Positions 9,262 to 17,490 are shown, counted from the first letter of the stretch. The stretch: DNA of 32,000 bases from Halomicronema hongdechloris C2206 (GCF_002075285.3 NZ_CP021983.2:480001-512000), one strand, 5' to 3'. Notes: generated by a model not told the origin, from the letters alone. Program-made: numbers and translations.

Positions 9262-11367
9262 ATGCTAGAGCTGTATCAGTTTGAAGTCTCCCATTACTGC
9301 GAAAAGATTCGCCTGATTCTGGACTATAAACAACTACCCTATCGCACCACTGAGGTGACGCCTGGTTTGGGTCAGGTAGACCTCTATCGCCTCTCCGGTC
9401 AGCGGCAGGTGCCGGTGCTTAAGGATGGCAGCGATGTGGTCTCCGATTCCACTGCGATCGCACGGTTCTTAGATGCCCGCTATCCCACCCCTCCCATCCT
9501 GCCCACCGAGCCTCGGAGTAGGGGGCTGTGCCTGATGATGGAAGCCTGGGCAGATGACTCTATTGGCCTCAATAGCCGCAAGGCCCTGATCGGTGCCTTC
9601 AATCAGCATCCCAATTTCCGCAAGGCCCTGCTGCCCGACACTACCCCTAGTCCGGTAAAAGACCTGGTCGGTGTCATCCCCGGGGACTTTCTCAATGTAT
9701 TGGGCACCGGCGTCGGCCTGGGACCGACTGATATCAAGCTGGCCAATGAAGCTTTGCGCCAGGACCTCGAGGCCCTCTGCCTGCTGCTGGAGGGACAACC
9801 CTACCTGCTGGGAGAGCAGCCCACCCTGGCCGATTTTGCCGTGGCCGGGGTATCGATGTACATCAAGTTCCCGGCTAGCCGCTATGTGGCCCTGCCCGAG
9901 GGGCTCTGCGATCAGGGCATTCCTGGCTTAGCCGACGACCCAGCCTACCAACCCTTCTTCGCCTGGCGCGATCGCCTCTACGCCGATTACCGTCAGCCCC
10001 GGAGGGGGCAACGACGTCCCAGGCCAGTAGCGGTCCCACCGCCATCGACATCGAGTAAGTGCCCCAGCCCTGCCATGGTCACCTCCCTGGATCAGTACAC
10101 CTCCCTCTTGGGCAGCGCCGCCGTGGTGCCCTGGTCGGAACTAGATGGGGCTTGGCAGACGGCCCTGGCCCTGGCCAGCCAAGATCCCCCCAGCTGCGTG
10201 GTCTATCCCGACAGTCTAGAGGACCTGACGGCAGCGGTGGCTTGTGCCCATGACCATGGTTGGCGGCTGTTGCCCTGCGGCCATGGCAGCAAGCTGAGTT
10301 GGGGCGGCCTGGCTGCGGGCATCGAGGTGGCCATCAGCACCGCCCGCCTGCCGCAGGCGGTGGACCATGCCGTCGGTGATCTGACCGTAACCGCGGCGGC
10401 TGGGCACTCCCTGGCCGAGTTGCAGGACCAGCTGGGCCAGGAGCAGCAGTTTCTGGCGGTGGACCCCACCTATCCCCAGCACGCTACCCTGGGCGGCATC
10501 GTGGCCACAGCGGATACGGGGGCGCTGCGCCAGCGCTATGGCGGCGTGCGGGACATGTTGATTGGGGTCCGCTTCGTTCGCTACGACGGCCAGATCGTCA
10601 AGGCTGGAGGCCGGGTGGTGAAGAATGTGGCCGGCTACGATTTGATGAAGCTGATGACTGGCTCCTTCGGCACCCTGGGGGTGCTGGCGGAACTCACCTT
10701 TCGCACCTATCCCCAGGCTCCGGCCGTGGCCACGGTATTGCTGGCAGGCGACGATGCTGCGGTGAAGCAAAGCCTAGCCGAGCTGCGCCGCTCTCCCCTG
10801 ACGCCGGTGGCCTTGGATCTGCTGTCGCCGGCGCTGATGGTGGCCCTGGGCCATGAGCCCAGCCTGGGCCTGGCGGCGCGGTTCGAGACAGTGGCCGCCG
10901 GGGTGGAGGAACAGGTGCAGCGAACCCTGACCCTGGGCCAGAATCATGGGCTAGCAGGCCAGACCCTGGAGGGGGAAGCCGGTGCCAACCTCTGGGCTAC
11001 CATGACTCAGATCCTGGGGGAGGGGGCCGGCATTTTAGCCAAGGTGGGCTGTCTGCCGGTGGCGGCAGTAGACCTGTTGCGGCAGGTGGATGAGCTGGGG
11101 GGCTTAGGTCGCATCCACACCGGCAGCGGCGTTGGCCTGGTGGCCTTGGGGGTGGGCCAGGACAGTCAGGCCATCTTGGAGACGATGCGATCGCATTGCC
11201 AGGCGCACCAGGGCTACCTCACCCTGCTGCAAGCCCCCCTGGACCTGAAACAGCAGCTGCAGGTCTGGGGCTATAGCGGCAATTCCCTGGCGGTGATGGA
11301 GCAGATTAAGCAGCAATTCGACCCGCCGCGATTGCTGAGTCCGGGCCGGTTTGTCGGCGGCCTCTAG
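9262..11367 (+). CDS. Single 701-aa ORF fusing a glutathione S-transferase-like domain to a GlcE-like FAD-binding glycolate oxidase subunit
   Basis: The GST N-terminal fold is MLELYQFEVSHYCEKIRL...QVPVLKDG. The GlcE part begins at MVTSLDQY (ATG 10075) and carries KNVAGYDLMKLMTGSFGTLGV. The two are joined by a basic, proline-rich linker. Confidence 0.7.
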   Translation: MLELYQFEVSHYCEKIRLILDYKQLPYRTTEVTPGLGQVDLYRLSGQRQVPVLKDGSDVVSDSTAIARFLDARYPTPPILPTEPRSRGLCLMMEAWADDSIGLNSRKALIGAFNQHPNFRKALLPDTTPSPVKDLVGVIPGDFLNVLGTGVGLGPTDIKLANEALRQDLEALCLLLEGQPYLLGEQPTLADFAVAGVSMYIKFPASRYVALPEGLCDQGIPGLADDPAYQPFFAWRDRLYADYRQPRRGQRRPRPVAVPPPSTSSKCPSPAMVTSLDQYTSLLGSAAVVPWSELDGAWQTALALASQDPPSCVVYPDSLEDLTAAVACAHDHGWRLLPCGHGSKLSWGGLAAGIEVAISTARLPQAVDHAVGDLTVTAAAGHSLAELQDQLGQEQQFLAVDPTYPQHATLGGIVATADTGALRQRYGGVRDMLIGVRFVRYDGQIVKAGGRVVKNVAGYDLMKLMTGSFGTLGVLAELTFRTYPQAPAVATVLLAGDDAAVKQSLAELRRSPLTPVALDLLSPALMVALGHEPSLGLAARFETVAAGVEEQVQRTLTLGQNHGLAGQTLEGEAGANLWATMTQILGEGAGILAKVGCLPVAAVDLLRQVDELGGLGRIHTGSGVGLVALGVGQDSQAILETMRSHCQAHQGYLTLLQAPLDLKQQLQVWGYSGNSLAVMEQIKQQFDPPRLLSPGRFVGGL

Positions 11368-12659
11368 GGGCCGGGCCAGCGCAGCACCACCACCTCTTCC
11401 CGCAGGGCCAGGTTCTTAGAGGCCACCCGACGACTGCGAAACAGGTCGATGTCGGTGACCTCATAGCCCAGGCAGGCGGCGATGTCGGCCAATAACTGGC
11501 CGGTCTGAATTAGCACCCCCAGATACGAGGCCTGATCGCCCACCACATAGGCCAGCTGGGCCCCCGGTCGCAGGATGGGTCGCAATTCCGCCAGATGGCG
11601 GGCCATGCCGCCGAAGTAGAGGGTGACCACCCGGGAATAGAGGCGGGAGAAGCCGCTGGTCTTGCCCTGCTGGGCCCGGCTGCGCTCGATCTCCTGGGCC
11701 AGAGCCAGAATCTGCGGGTAGTCCTGGATCCAGCGGTCGTCATCGTCAGTGCTATAGATGCTGCGGCTATTGGAGCGGATCAGGGTTTGCTTCACCCGCC
11801 GTAACTCCCCTCGGTCGCGGATGAAGCCCAGCAGCACCGACTCCAGCCGGGTGGTGCGGGTGTAGTCTTTCTCGTTGGGGTAGGGAGGCGAGGTGATCAC
11901 CGCGTCGATGGACTGGGGCGGCAGTAGGGCAGGCAGCTGGCGGGCGTCGCCCCGGTGCACAGTAGCCGGCACCTGGCGCGGGCCACGGACAGACTGTAGA
12001 TCCGATGCGATCGCATCGATTCCCTGTAGCCACAGATCCACCACCGGCGCATCCTGCCGTTGCCGCACCACACTGGCCTCCGGGGCAAACCGCAGGTTAC
12101 TGGCCGCCAGGGCCGCCTTCACCAGGGCCAAGCGCCCATGGTCGTAATAGCCAGAGTCCGGCTCCTGCTCCAGGGCCACCAGCAATACCAGGATCTTGTG
12201 CAACGGCTGGGGGCTGATGGCATTTTTCAACAGCACCCGCTCACTGGCCTCTGGCAGGGTGTGGCGCAAGCCATCCCCCGGGAACCAGCGCAACTCCCGC
12301 TCAACCTGCTGGGCCAGGGTCTGGGCATAGGCCAGTAACCCGGTTGGATCGGGCTGCCAGTTCACCTTGGTGCGACAGGCAAAATGGGCCATGGGGTTGG
12401 CCTCAATGCCGACGCTGGTCACCCGCCGCCGCTTACACTCCACCAGGGTGGTGCCGGTACCGACGAAGGGATCCAGCACCCGGTGCCGGGGACCCACGGC
12501 AAAGCGGTCCAAATAGTGGCGGACCAGATGGGGCGGAAACGACAACACGGAACGATACCAGTCATGCACCGGGCGATCCGCCAGCGCAAACTGATTCAGC
12601 ACCTTACTCGACCATCCCTGCGGCTGGGGTGAGGTCGATGTCGGAGCCGATGAGTCCAT
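11364..12659 (-). CDS. Site-specific DNA methyltransferase (N4-C or N6-A type)
   Basis: LDPFVGTGTTLVE is the SAM-binding motif I, and ITSPPYPNEKDY is the catalytic SPPY motif IV, about 190 aa downstream. Confidence 0.8.
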   Translation of the reverse strand: MDSSAPTSTSPQPQGWSSKVLNQFALADRPVHDWYRSVLSFPPHLVRHYLDRFAVGPRHRVLDPFVGTGTTLVECKRRRVTSVGIEANPMAHFACRTKVNWQPDPTGLLAYAQTLAQQVERELRWFPGDGLRHTLPEASERVLLKNAISPQPLHKILVLLVALEQEPDSGYYDHGRLALVKAALAASNLRFAPEASVVRQRQDAPVVDLWLQGIDAIASDLQSVRGPRQVPATVHRGDARQLPALLPPQSIDAVITSPPYPNEKDYTRTTRLESVLLGFIRDRGELRRVKQTLIRSNSRSIYSTDDDDRWIQDYPQILALAQEIERSRAQQGKTSGFSRLYSRVVTLYFGGMARHLAELRPILRPGAQLAYVVGDQASYLGVLIQTGQLLADIAACLGYEVTDIDLFRSRRVASKNLALREEVVVLRWPGP

Positions 12660-12710
12660 GCCTTCGCCGATGCTACAGCAGATACCTTATCTTGAATCTC
12701 CAGCATCAGG

Positions 12711-12869
12711 CTACTGATCGTCTCCTCTCCAAATACTCAGATCTTGATCGAGGTCAAAGGTCAGCTTACCCCGCACCAGGGCTTCGTTCTGGAAGTAAAA
12801 ACAGTTATCGGGTTCTAAACCGGCCTGCTCAGCCTGTTTTCGCCAGGTTGTCGCTCCATAGCTGATGTC
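12711..12869 (-). pseudogene. Uma2 (DUF820) family endonuclease fragment
   Basis: The minus-strand translation GLEPDNCFYFQNEALVRGKLTFDLDQD matches the conserved EPD.CFY core of Uma2 proteins. The fragment has no start and is truncated. Confidence 0.5.
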
Positions 12870-13673
12870 TCAATCATACGTCTCGTTTCCAGGGGTCGCT
12901 CCGAGTTGATAATTGGCCAGCAACTCTGCCATCCACTGCTCATTTTGCTTAGATAACGGCGGCACTGGCGGTTGCCCATAGTCAATCGCCAGATGATATC
13001 GCCCCTTCTCATAGACCCGATTCAGTAATGGCTGCAGAGCTAAAATCGGTTCTTTTTCTCCGGGTAGCAGTGGCACCGGAAACGATGGAATCGGCTGTTG
13101 CAGGCCGAATCTATAGAGGTCAGCCGTTGGTCGCCGGTCGGCCCGGGAAATCAGAATGTGATAATCGCTGGGGTGCTGGCCTGACATGGGCAGCGGCTGT
13201 CCCCCTCGCAGTAGGTCGATTTCTACCAGATGAGAGACACTGGCTAGCACCTGATTTCGCTTGCGCAAGTAGGCAATTCGCCCTTCCCCGGGCCGCTTGT
13301 TTTTAGGCGACAGCAGCTCGATTACTGCCACCACCATGCCTGTCGCCACCTCTCGAATTTCTAGGTAGCGTTCGGTGACCTCTGCCGCTAGAGGCACGGT
13401 GACAGGTTCAGGCTGCATTGGCGGCGGCAAAGTTGCTGCCTCTGTGGTGCCCGCTGCTGATCGCCCCGTGGCTACGGCTACATCGGGAATACCCACCAGT
13501 ATGCTGTCGTCTTCGCTGCTGAAATAAACCCGCTTCTCTACCTCAACCCGATACTTTTGGCTCAGGTGATCCACTAACTCATCGGCGATGGCCACAATCA
13601 ACCGACTGTGAACAGCCGACCACAGCTCTGGGGTCTCAAGATAGGGATCCATGCCGGGAAACGGCGATGCCAT
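12870..13673 (-). CDS. DUF4058 family protein
   Basis: It has the signature N-terminus MASPFPGMDPYLE. PDVAV and IELLSPKNK...VEIDLL blocks resemble PD-(D/E)xK motifs. Confidence 0.8.
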   Translation of the reverse strand: MASPFPGMDPYLETPELWSAVHSRLIVAIADELVDHLSQKYRVEVEKRVYFSSEDDSILVGIPDVAVATGRSAAGTTEAATLPPPMQPEPVTVPLAAEVTERYLEIREVATGMVVAVIELLSPKNKRPGEGRIAYLRKRNQVLASVSHLVEIDLLRGGQPLPMSGQHPSDYHILISRADRRPTADLYRFGLQQPIPSFPVPLLPGEKEPILALQPLLNRVYEKGRYHLAIDYGQPPVPPLSKQNEQWMAELLANYQLGATPGNETYD

Positions 13674-13701
13674 GACATATCTTCAGGCGAGGGGGCTGTT
13701 T

Positions 13702-15906
13702 TTATGGTATCGAAGTAACCCTCTCCTCCACCCTCAGGGTTGAGCGCAGTCGGCGGCATTCCGCTGCCGAAGGTAACTCCAAATCTGCCGCCAAGGCGAT
13801 GGCCCGGTCCAAGTAATCCGCCGCGGTTTCAGGGTCGCCCATGGCCTGGTATAGCATCCCCAGATGCCTATAGGTCAAGGCCTCAGGGGATCGTGCCTGC
13901 TGCTCCCGAGTGATCTCAAGGGCGGCGTGGAGAGTAGCCAGGGCTGCTTGGTGCTGCCCTAGCTTCATCAGGGTTTCCCCAAGGTTAGATAGGGTCAGAC
14001 CCTCTCCCCAGCGATCGCCGAGCTGCCGCGCCATCGCCAGGGCCTGATGATATAGCTCGACCGCCTGATGATGGTGGCCCAACTCGCTATGGGCATTGGC
14101 CAAATTCACCAGGGCCGCCTCTTCCCCCTGTTGTTGGCCGAGTCGACGGGCAATTGCCAAATCCTGCTCGTGGTAGGTGATGGCCCCAGCATAGTCATGC
14201 ATCTCATCGTAGACGTTGCCGATGTTGCCCAGGGCGGCTCCTTCCCCAGCGACATCCCCCACCTGTCTGACCAAGTCAAGGGTCTGAAAGTAGTAGCTTA
14301 AGGCCAAATCATTGTGGCCCAACTTCAGGTGGGCATGGCCCAGCCCTTCTAAGGCCCGTCCCTGGCCAGGCATATCGCCCAGGGCGGTGGCCAAATCCCA
14401 ATGCCGTTGGTGGTAATCGAGGGCTGCCTGAAAGTGCCCGAGTCGATAAGAGATGTTGCCCAAATAGCCGAGGGCATTGGCTTCTCCCTGACGATCCCCC
14501 AGCTGTTGGGCGATTGACATGGCCTGCTGGAAGCATTGCAGCGCTTGGGTGTTGTCGCCCAGGGCACCGTGAACATTGCCCAGGTTGCCGAGGGCCTGAC
14601 TTTCGTGATAACGATCGCCCATCTGCCGGACGATGGCCAACTGCCAATGCAAGGCCTCGAGGGCATCCTGATAGTTGCCCAGCCCATAGGCTACGACGCC
14701 TAAGTTGCCATAGGCAAGACTAATGCCTAGCTGATCGCCAATGGCCTGGGCGGTTGTCAGTTGTTGTCGATAGCAGTCAATGGCGTCAGGGTATTGGCCA
14801 GTAGCGCTCAACACATTGCCCAAGTTCCCCAAGGCATGCAGCATACTCTGCTGGTGGTCTAGGCGTTGGGCCATCGCCAGGTGTCTCTGGTGCAATTTGA
14901 GCGCCTGGTCATAGTGCCCGGTGGCAAAGCAAACATTACCCAGTCCTCCTAGGGCATTCCCTTCGCTGAGGGGATCGTGAATGTCCCGGGCGATTTGCCG
15001 CTGACGCTCGAAATACTGGGTTGCTAACTCATACTCTCCCAGGGTGTAGCAGGCACTGCCCAGGCCGCCTAGGGCACTACTCTCGCCGGAGCGATTGCCG
15101 ATGGTCTGGGCCAGGTGCAGGTGCCGGCGATGATAGTCTCTGGCCTGTTCATACTGGCCCAATGCCTGGCAACAACTGCCTAAATTGCCCAGGGCCGCCC
15201 CTTCCATCTCTACATCCTTTTCCTGGCGGGCAATGGCTAGGTGTTGATGATGGTAGTCGAGGGCCTGTAGGTAGTTACCCTGAGCCTCGTGGATATTGCC
15301 GAGACTGCCTAATGCAATGCCTTCGCCAATCCGCAATCCCACCTGTCGCGTAATAGTCAGCCAATCTTGGTAATGCTCAATGGCGGTTTGGTAATTCCCC
15401 AAGGCATAGTAAACATCGCCCAAGTGGCTCAGGACCATCCCCCGATTAACTGGGTCGCCGACTTCCTGAAAAATACGAAGGCTACGCTCCAGACATGCCT
15501 TGGCCTCTCTATAGTTGCCCTGGGCATAGTAGCTGGTTCCTAAAAACTGGAGAAACATGCCATTGCGCTTAGCATCGACATGGTCAATCAGGGCTGCATA
15601 GAGGCCCGTTTGCTCAGAGGTATAGCCCCATAGCTTCAGTTGGTAATGTAGGCGAGCCTTGGTAGGGGTATTCAATTCGGTGAAGATCAGGCTGGCGGCC
15701 CGTTGCCACTCGCCCATGTCGCAGAGGTGATAAAACGCCTCGAGATAGCCTTTGACCCGCTCTAGGTTGGTGGCATTTGCGGGGGGCTGATACTTGGTCA
15801 GCCAGTTGACGATGGCTTGATAATGGGTGCGGCGGTGGTGGGGGCGCACAGCGCCAATGCGGGCGGGGTCGATGCCGAGCTGATCTAGGGGAGCGGGAGG
15901 GAGCAT
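13702..15906 (-). CDS. Tetratricopeptide-repeat protein (about 14 TPR units)
   Basis: A ...ALGNLGNV..ALG.Y..A...HQ..L.IA... period of about 40 aa repeats across roughly 600 aa. The N-terminal 130 aa are non-TPR. Confidence 0.85.
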   Translation of the reverse strand: MLPPAPLDQLGIDPARIGAVRPHHRRTHYQAIVNWLTKYQPPANATNLERVKGYLEAFYHLCDMGEWQRAASLIFTELNTPTKARLHYQLKLWGYTSEQTGLYAALIDHVDAKRNGMFLQFLGTSYYAQGNYREAKACLERSLRIFQEVGDPVNRGMVLSHLGDVYYALGNYQTAIEHYQDWLTITRQVGLRIGEGIALGSLGNIHEAQGNYLQALDYHHQHLAIARQEKDVEMEGAALGNLGSCCQALGQYEQARDYHRRHLHLAQTIGNRSGESSALGGLGSACYTLGEYELATQYFERQRQIARDIHDPLSEGNALGGLGNVCFATGHYDQALKLHQRHLAMAQRLDHQQSMLHALGNLGNVLSATGQYPDAIDCYRQQLTTAQAIGDQLGISLAYGNLGVVAYGLGNYQDALEALHWQLAIVRQMGDRYHESQALGNLGNVHGALGDNTQALQCFQQAMSIAQQLGDRQGEANALGYLGNISYRLGHFQAALDYHQRHWDLATALGDMPGQGRALEGLGHAHLKLGHNDLALSYYFQTLDLVRQVGDVAGEGAALGNIGNVYDEMHDYAGAITYHEQDLAIARRLGQQQGEEAALVNLANAHSELGHHHQAVELYHQALAMARQLGDRWGEGLTLSNLGETLMKLGQHQAALATLHAALEITREQQARSPEALTYRHLGMLYQAMGDPETAADYLDRAIALAADLELPSAAECRRLRSTLRVEERVTSIP

Positions 15907-15936
15907 GGAGAACGAGAGAAAGGCGAAAGCAGCACC

Positions 15937-16719
15937 CTACTGTGTTGCCTTTGCCAGCCATTCTTTAGCCCAGGCGGCATTGGCATCGTCTAAGGGTGGT
16001 ACAGGGCTTTGGGAATAGTCGATAACTAAACCATAGCCCGAGCGATCGTAGATGCCATCCAGTAATCCTTTCAAATCCACCACTGGCAGTTCATCCTCTG
16101 GCTGCAGAGGCAGCTCAAAACAGGGAATGGGGTCTGGCAGATTAAACCCATACCATTTGGCCTGGGGACGTAGTTCTTGGGGGCTAACCAAAATGTGATA
16201 GGTCGAGGGTTCGACCTCCTGAGGTATGTCCAAAGAAAGCCACTGGCGCAGCAGGTCAATTTCTACAAAATTACAAGGGCTACTGAGCAACGTCGCCCGT
16301 TTCACTTCATACTTCGCTCGGCTCCGGCCTGGGCGCTTGTTGGTGGGCGACAGGACCTCTACCACAGTAATGACCTGACTTGTCGCAATTTCTCGAATTT
16401 CCAGGTAGCCTTGGCGAATGGTTTCAGGCAGCATTAGCGTCACCGTGACGGCATCGCCAGGATGCGGTGCTGTGGCTGCTGCGTTAGTCTTTTTGGGAAG
16501 CTGCCGTTGCCCTTGGGCCACTGCGACATCTGGCCTGCCGACTATAACAGAGTTTTGGCCATCAACCTGGTATACCCGCACTTCAATCAGCACTTGGTAT
16601 TTAGGCAGCAGCTTAGGTGCCAGGCCATCGGCGATCGCCGTCATTAGTCGATGGTGAATGTTCGGCCAGGCGCTAGGGTGCTCCAGGTAAGGGTCCATGC
16701 CCGGAAAAGGAGACGGCAT
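15937..16719 (-). CDS. DUF4058 family protein (paralog)
   Basis: MPSPFPGMDPYLE, PDVAV and VEVLSPTNK...VEIDLL are shared with the paralog at 12870-13673. Confidence 0.8.
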   Translation of the reverse strand: MPSPFPGMDPYLEHPSAWPNIHHRLMTAIADGLAPKLLPKYQVLIEVRVYQVDGQNSVIVGRPDVAVAQGQRQLPKKTNAAATAPHPGDAVTVTLMLPETIRQGYLEIREIATSQVITVVEVLSPTNKRPGRSRAKYEVKRATLLSSPCNFVEIDLLRQWLSLDIPQEVEPSTYHILVSPQELRPQAKWYGFNLPDPIPCFELPLQPEDELPVVDLKGLLDGIYDRSGYGLVIDYSQSPVPPLDDANAAWAKEWLAKATQ

Positions 16720-16753
16720 TGGAAATTTCCAAACAGGAAGTTGTCTTTAGTGT

Positions 16754-16788
16754 AAGGCAGAAGGATGAAGGATGAAGGATGAGGGGAG
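16754..16788. repeat. Heptamer microsatellite (AAGGMWG units)
   Basis: The sequence aaggcag aaggatg aaggatg aaggatg aggggag is the left arm of the inverted repeat flanking the 4HB gene. Confidence 0.85.
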
Positions 16789-17145
16789 TTAGGCGGGTTC
16801 GTTATTTTTAGCATTTTTGACCAGGGTGACGAAAATTGCGGTTAATTCGCCGGCTTCCTGCGACAGAGGGTTTAAGCGGCTGGGTTCAATGGTTTCGGAC
16901 TCGGCTAGCAGTTCTAGCCAGTAGTTGGTTTCTTCGAGTTCTTGTAGGCCGCCATTGAGCTTGCTGACAAATTCAGCGGTCGATCTGGCACGATGAGCTT
17001 CTCGGTAGTGAGCACCCACTGAGGTGCCGCTACGCAAGATTTGTTTGCCAAGAACCTGGGCCACGGTGGTGTTTGGCAGGGCGGAATACAGGCGGATGAT
17101 TCGTAGAGCAAAGGCTTTGGTCCGTTGCTTCAAATCACTGGGCAT
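16789..17145 (-). CDS. Four-helix-bundle protein (23S rRNA intervening-sequence protein family)
   Basis: TKAFALRIIRLY..LP......LGKQILRSGTSVGAHYREAHRARS..EF..KL...L.E..ET.YWLELL fits the family pattern. Confidence 0.85.
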   Translation of the reverse strand: MPSDLKQRTKAFALRIIRLYSALPNTTVAQVLGKQILRSGTSVGAHYREAHRARSTAEFVSKLNGGLQELEETNYWLELLAESETIEPSRLNPLSQEAGELTAIFVTLVKNAKNNEPA

Positions 17146-17290
17146 GAGTTTAGGTGATAGGGATCCCTATTAGAGTGCCCCTTTTAAAGGATGAAGAAGG
17201 CAGAAAAGCAGCAAATGTCTCGGGGGCACAAGTCGGGTCGGGTCAAGAGTCTGGCGCGGTGGAAGGCGGCAACCTAGGCGACCTTCAGAC

Positions 17291-17322
17291 CCCCCTTTCA
17301 TCCTTCATCCTTCATCATTCTG
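17291..17322. repeat. Heptamer microsatellite (CCTTCAT units), right arm of the inverted repeat
   Basis: The sequence is ccccctttcat ccttcat ccttcat cattctg. Its reverse complement matches 16758-16786 with one mismatch and a 1-2 nt indel. Confidence 0.85.
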
Positions 17323-17332
17323 ATTTTCTATC

Positions 17333-17352
17333 GTTTCCGTCCCCTTGCGGGG
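17333..17352 (-). repeat. Degenerate or partial CRISPR repeat (trailer end)
   Basis: GTTTCCGTCCCCTTGCGGGG equals the first 20 nt of the 35-nt repeat and then diverges. It lies 138 bp from the array and is bracketed by heptamer arrays in opposite orientation. Confidence 0.7.
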
Positions 17353-17356
17353 GGTA

Positions 17357-17391
17357 GGAAAGGCAGAAATCAGAAGGCAAAAGGCAGAACG
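17357..17391. repeat. Heptamer microsatellite (CAGAARG units)
   Basis: The sequence is ggaaagg cagaaat cagaagg caaaagg cagaacg. Confidence 0.8.
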
Positions 17392-17451
17392 GGTTACTGG
17401 CTGGTGGCTAGGGTCAGAGCTGTTCAAAATGCTGGGCAAATTTCCCCAGTC

Positions 17452-17486
17452 CCTTCATCCTTCATCCTTTCGCCTTCTGCCTTGCT
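17452..17486. repeat. Heptamer microsatellite (CCTTCAT/CCTTCTG units) abutting the array
   Basis: The sequence is ccttcat ccttcat cctttcg ccttctg ccttgct. It ends 4 nt before repeat 1. Confidence 0.85.
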
Positions 17487-17490
17487 TACG

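Noticed and set aside
10216-10770. Long antisense and alternate-frame ORFs inside GC-rich genes. This one is an example. Others include 8472-8801, 11510-12865 (several), 14309-14687, 20435-20792, 21524-21964, 25637-26008, 26040-26567, 27687-28082 and 2868-3203.
   Set aside because: They overlap much longer ORFs that have clear family signatures. Their products are rich in R, P, G and A, as expected for open shadow frames in GC-rich DNA.
17421-17431. GTTCAAAATGC on the plus strand resembles the 5' end of the minus-strand repeat (GTTCAAAATCC), which hints at an anti-repeat.
   Set aside because: Only 9 contiguous nucleotides match and the similarity does not extend. That is within chance expectation for a 32-kb window read on both strands.
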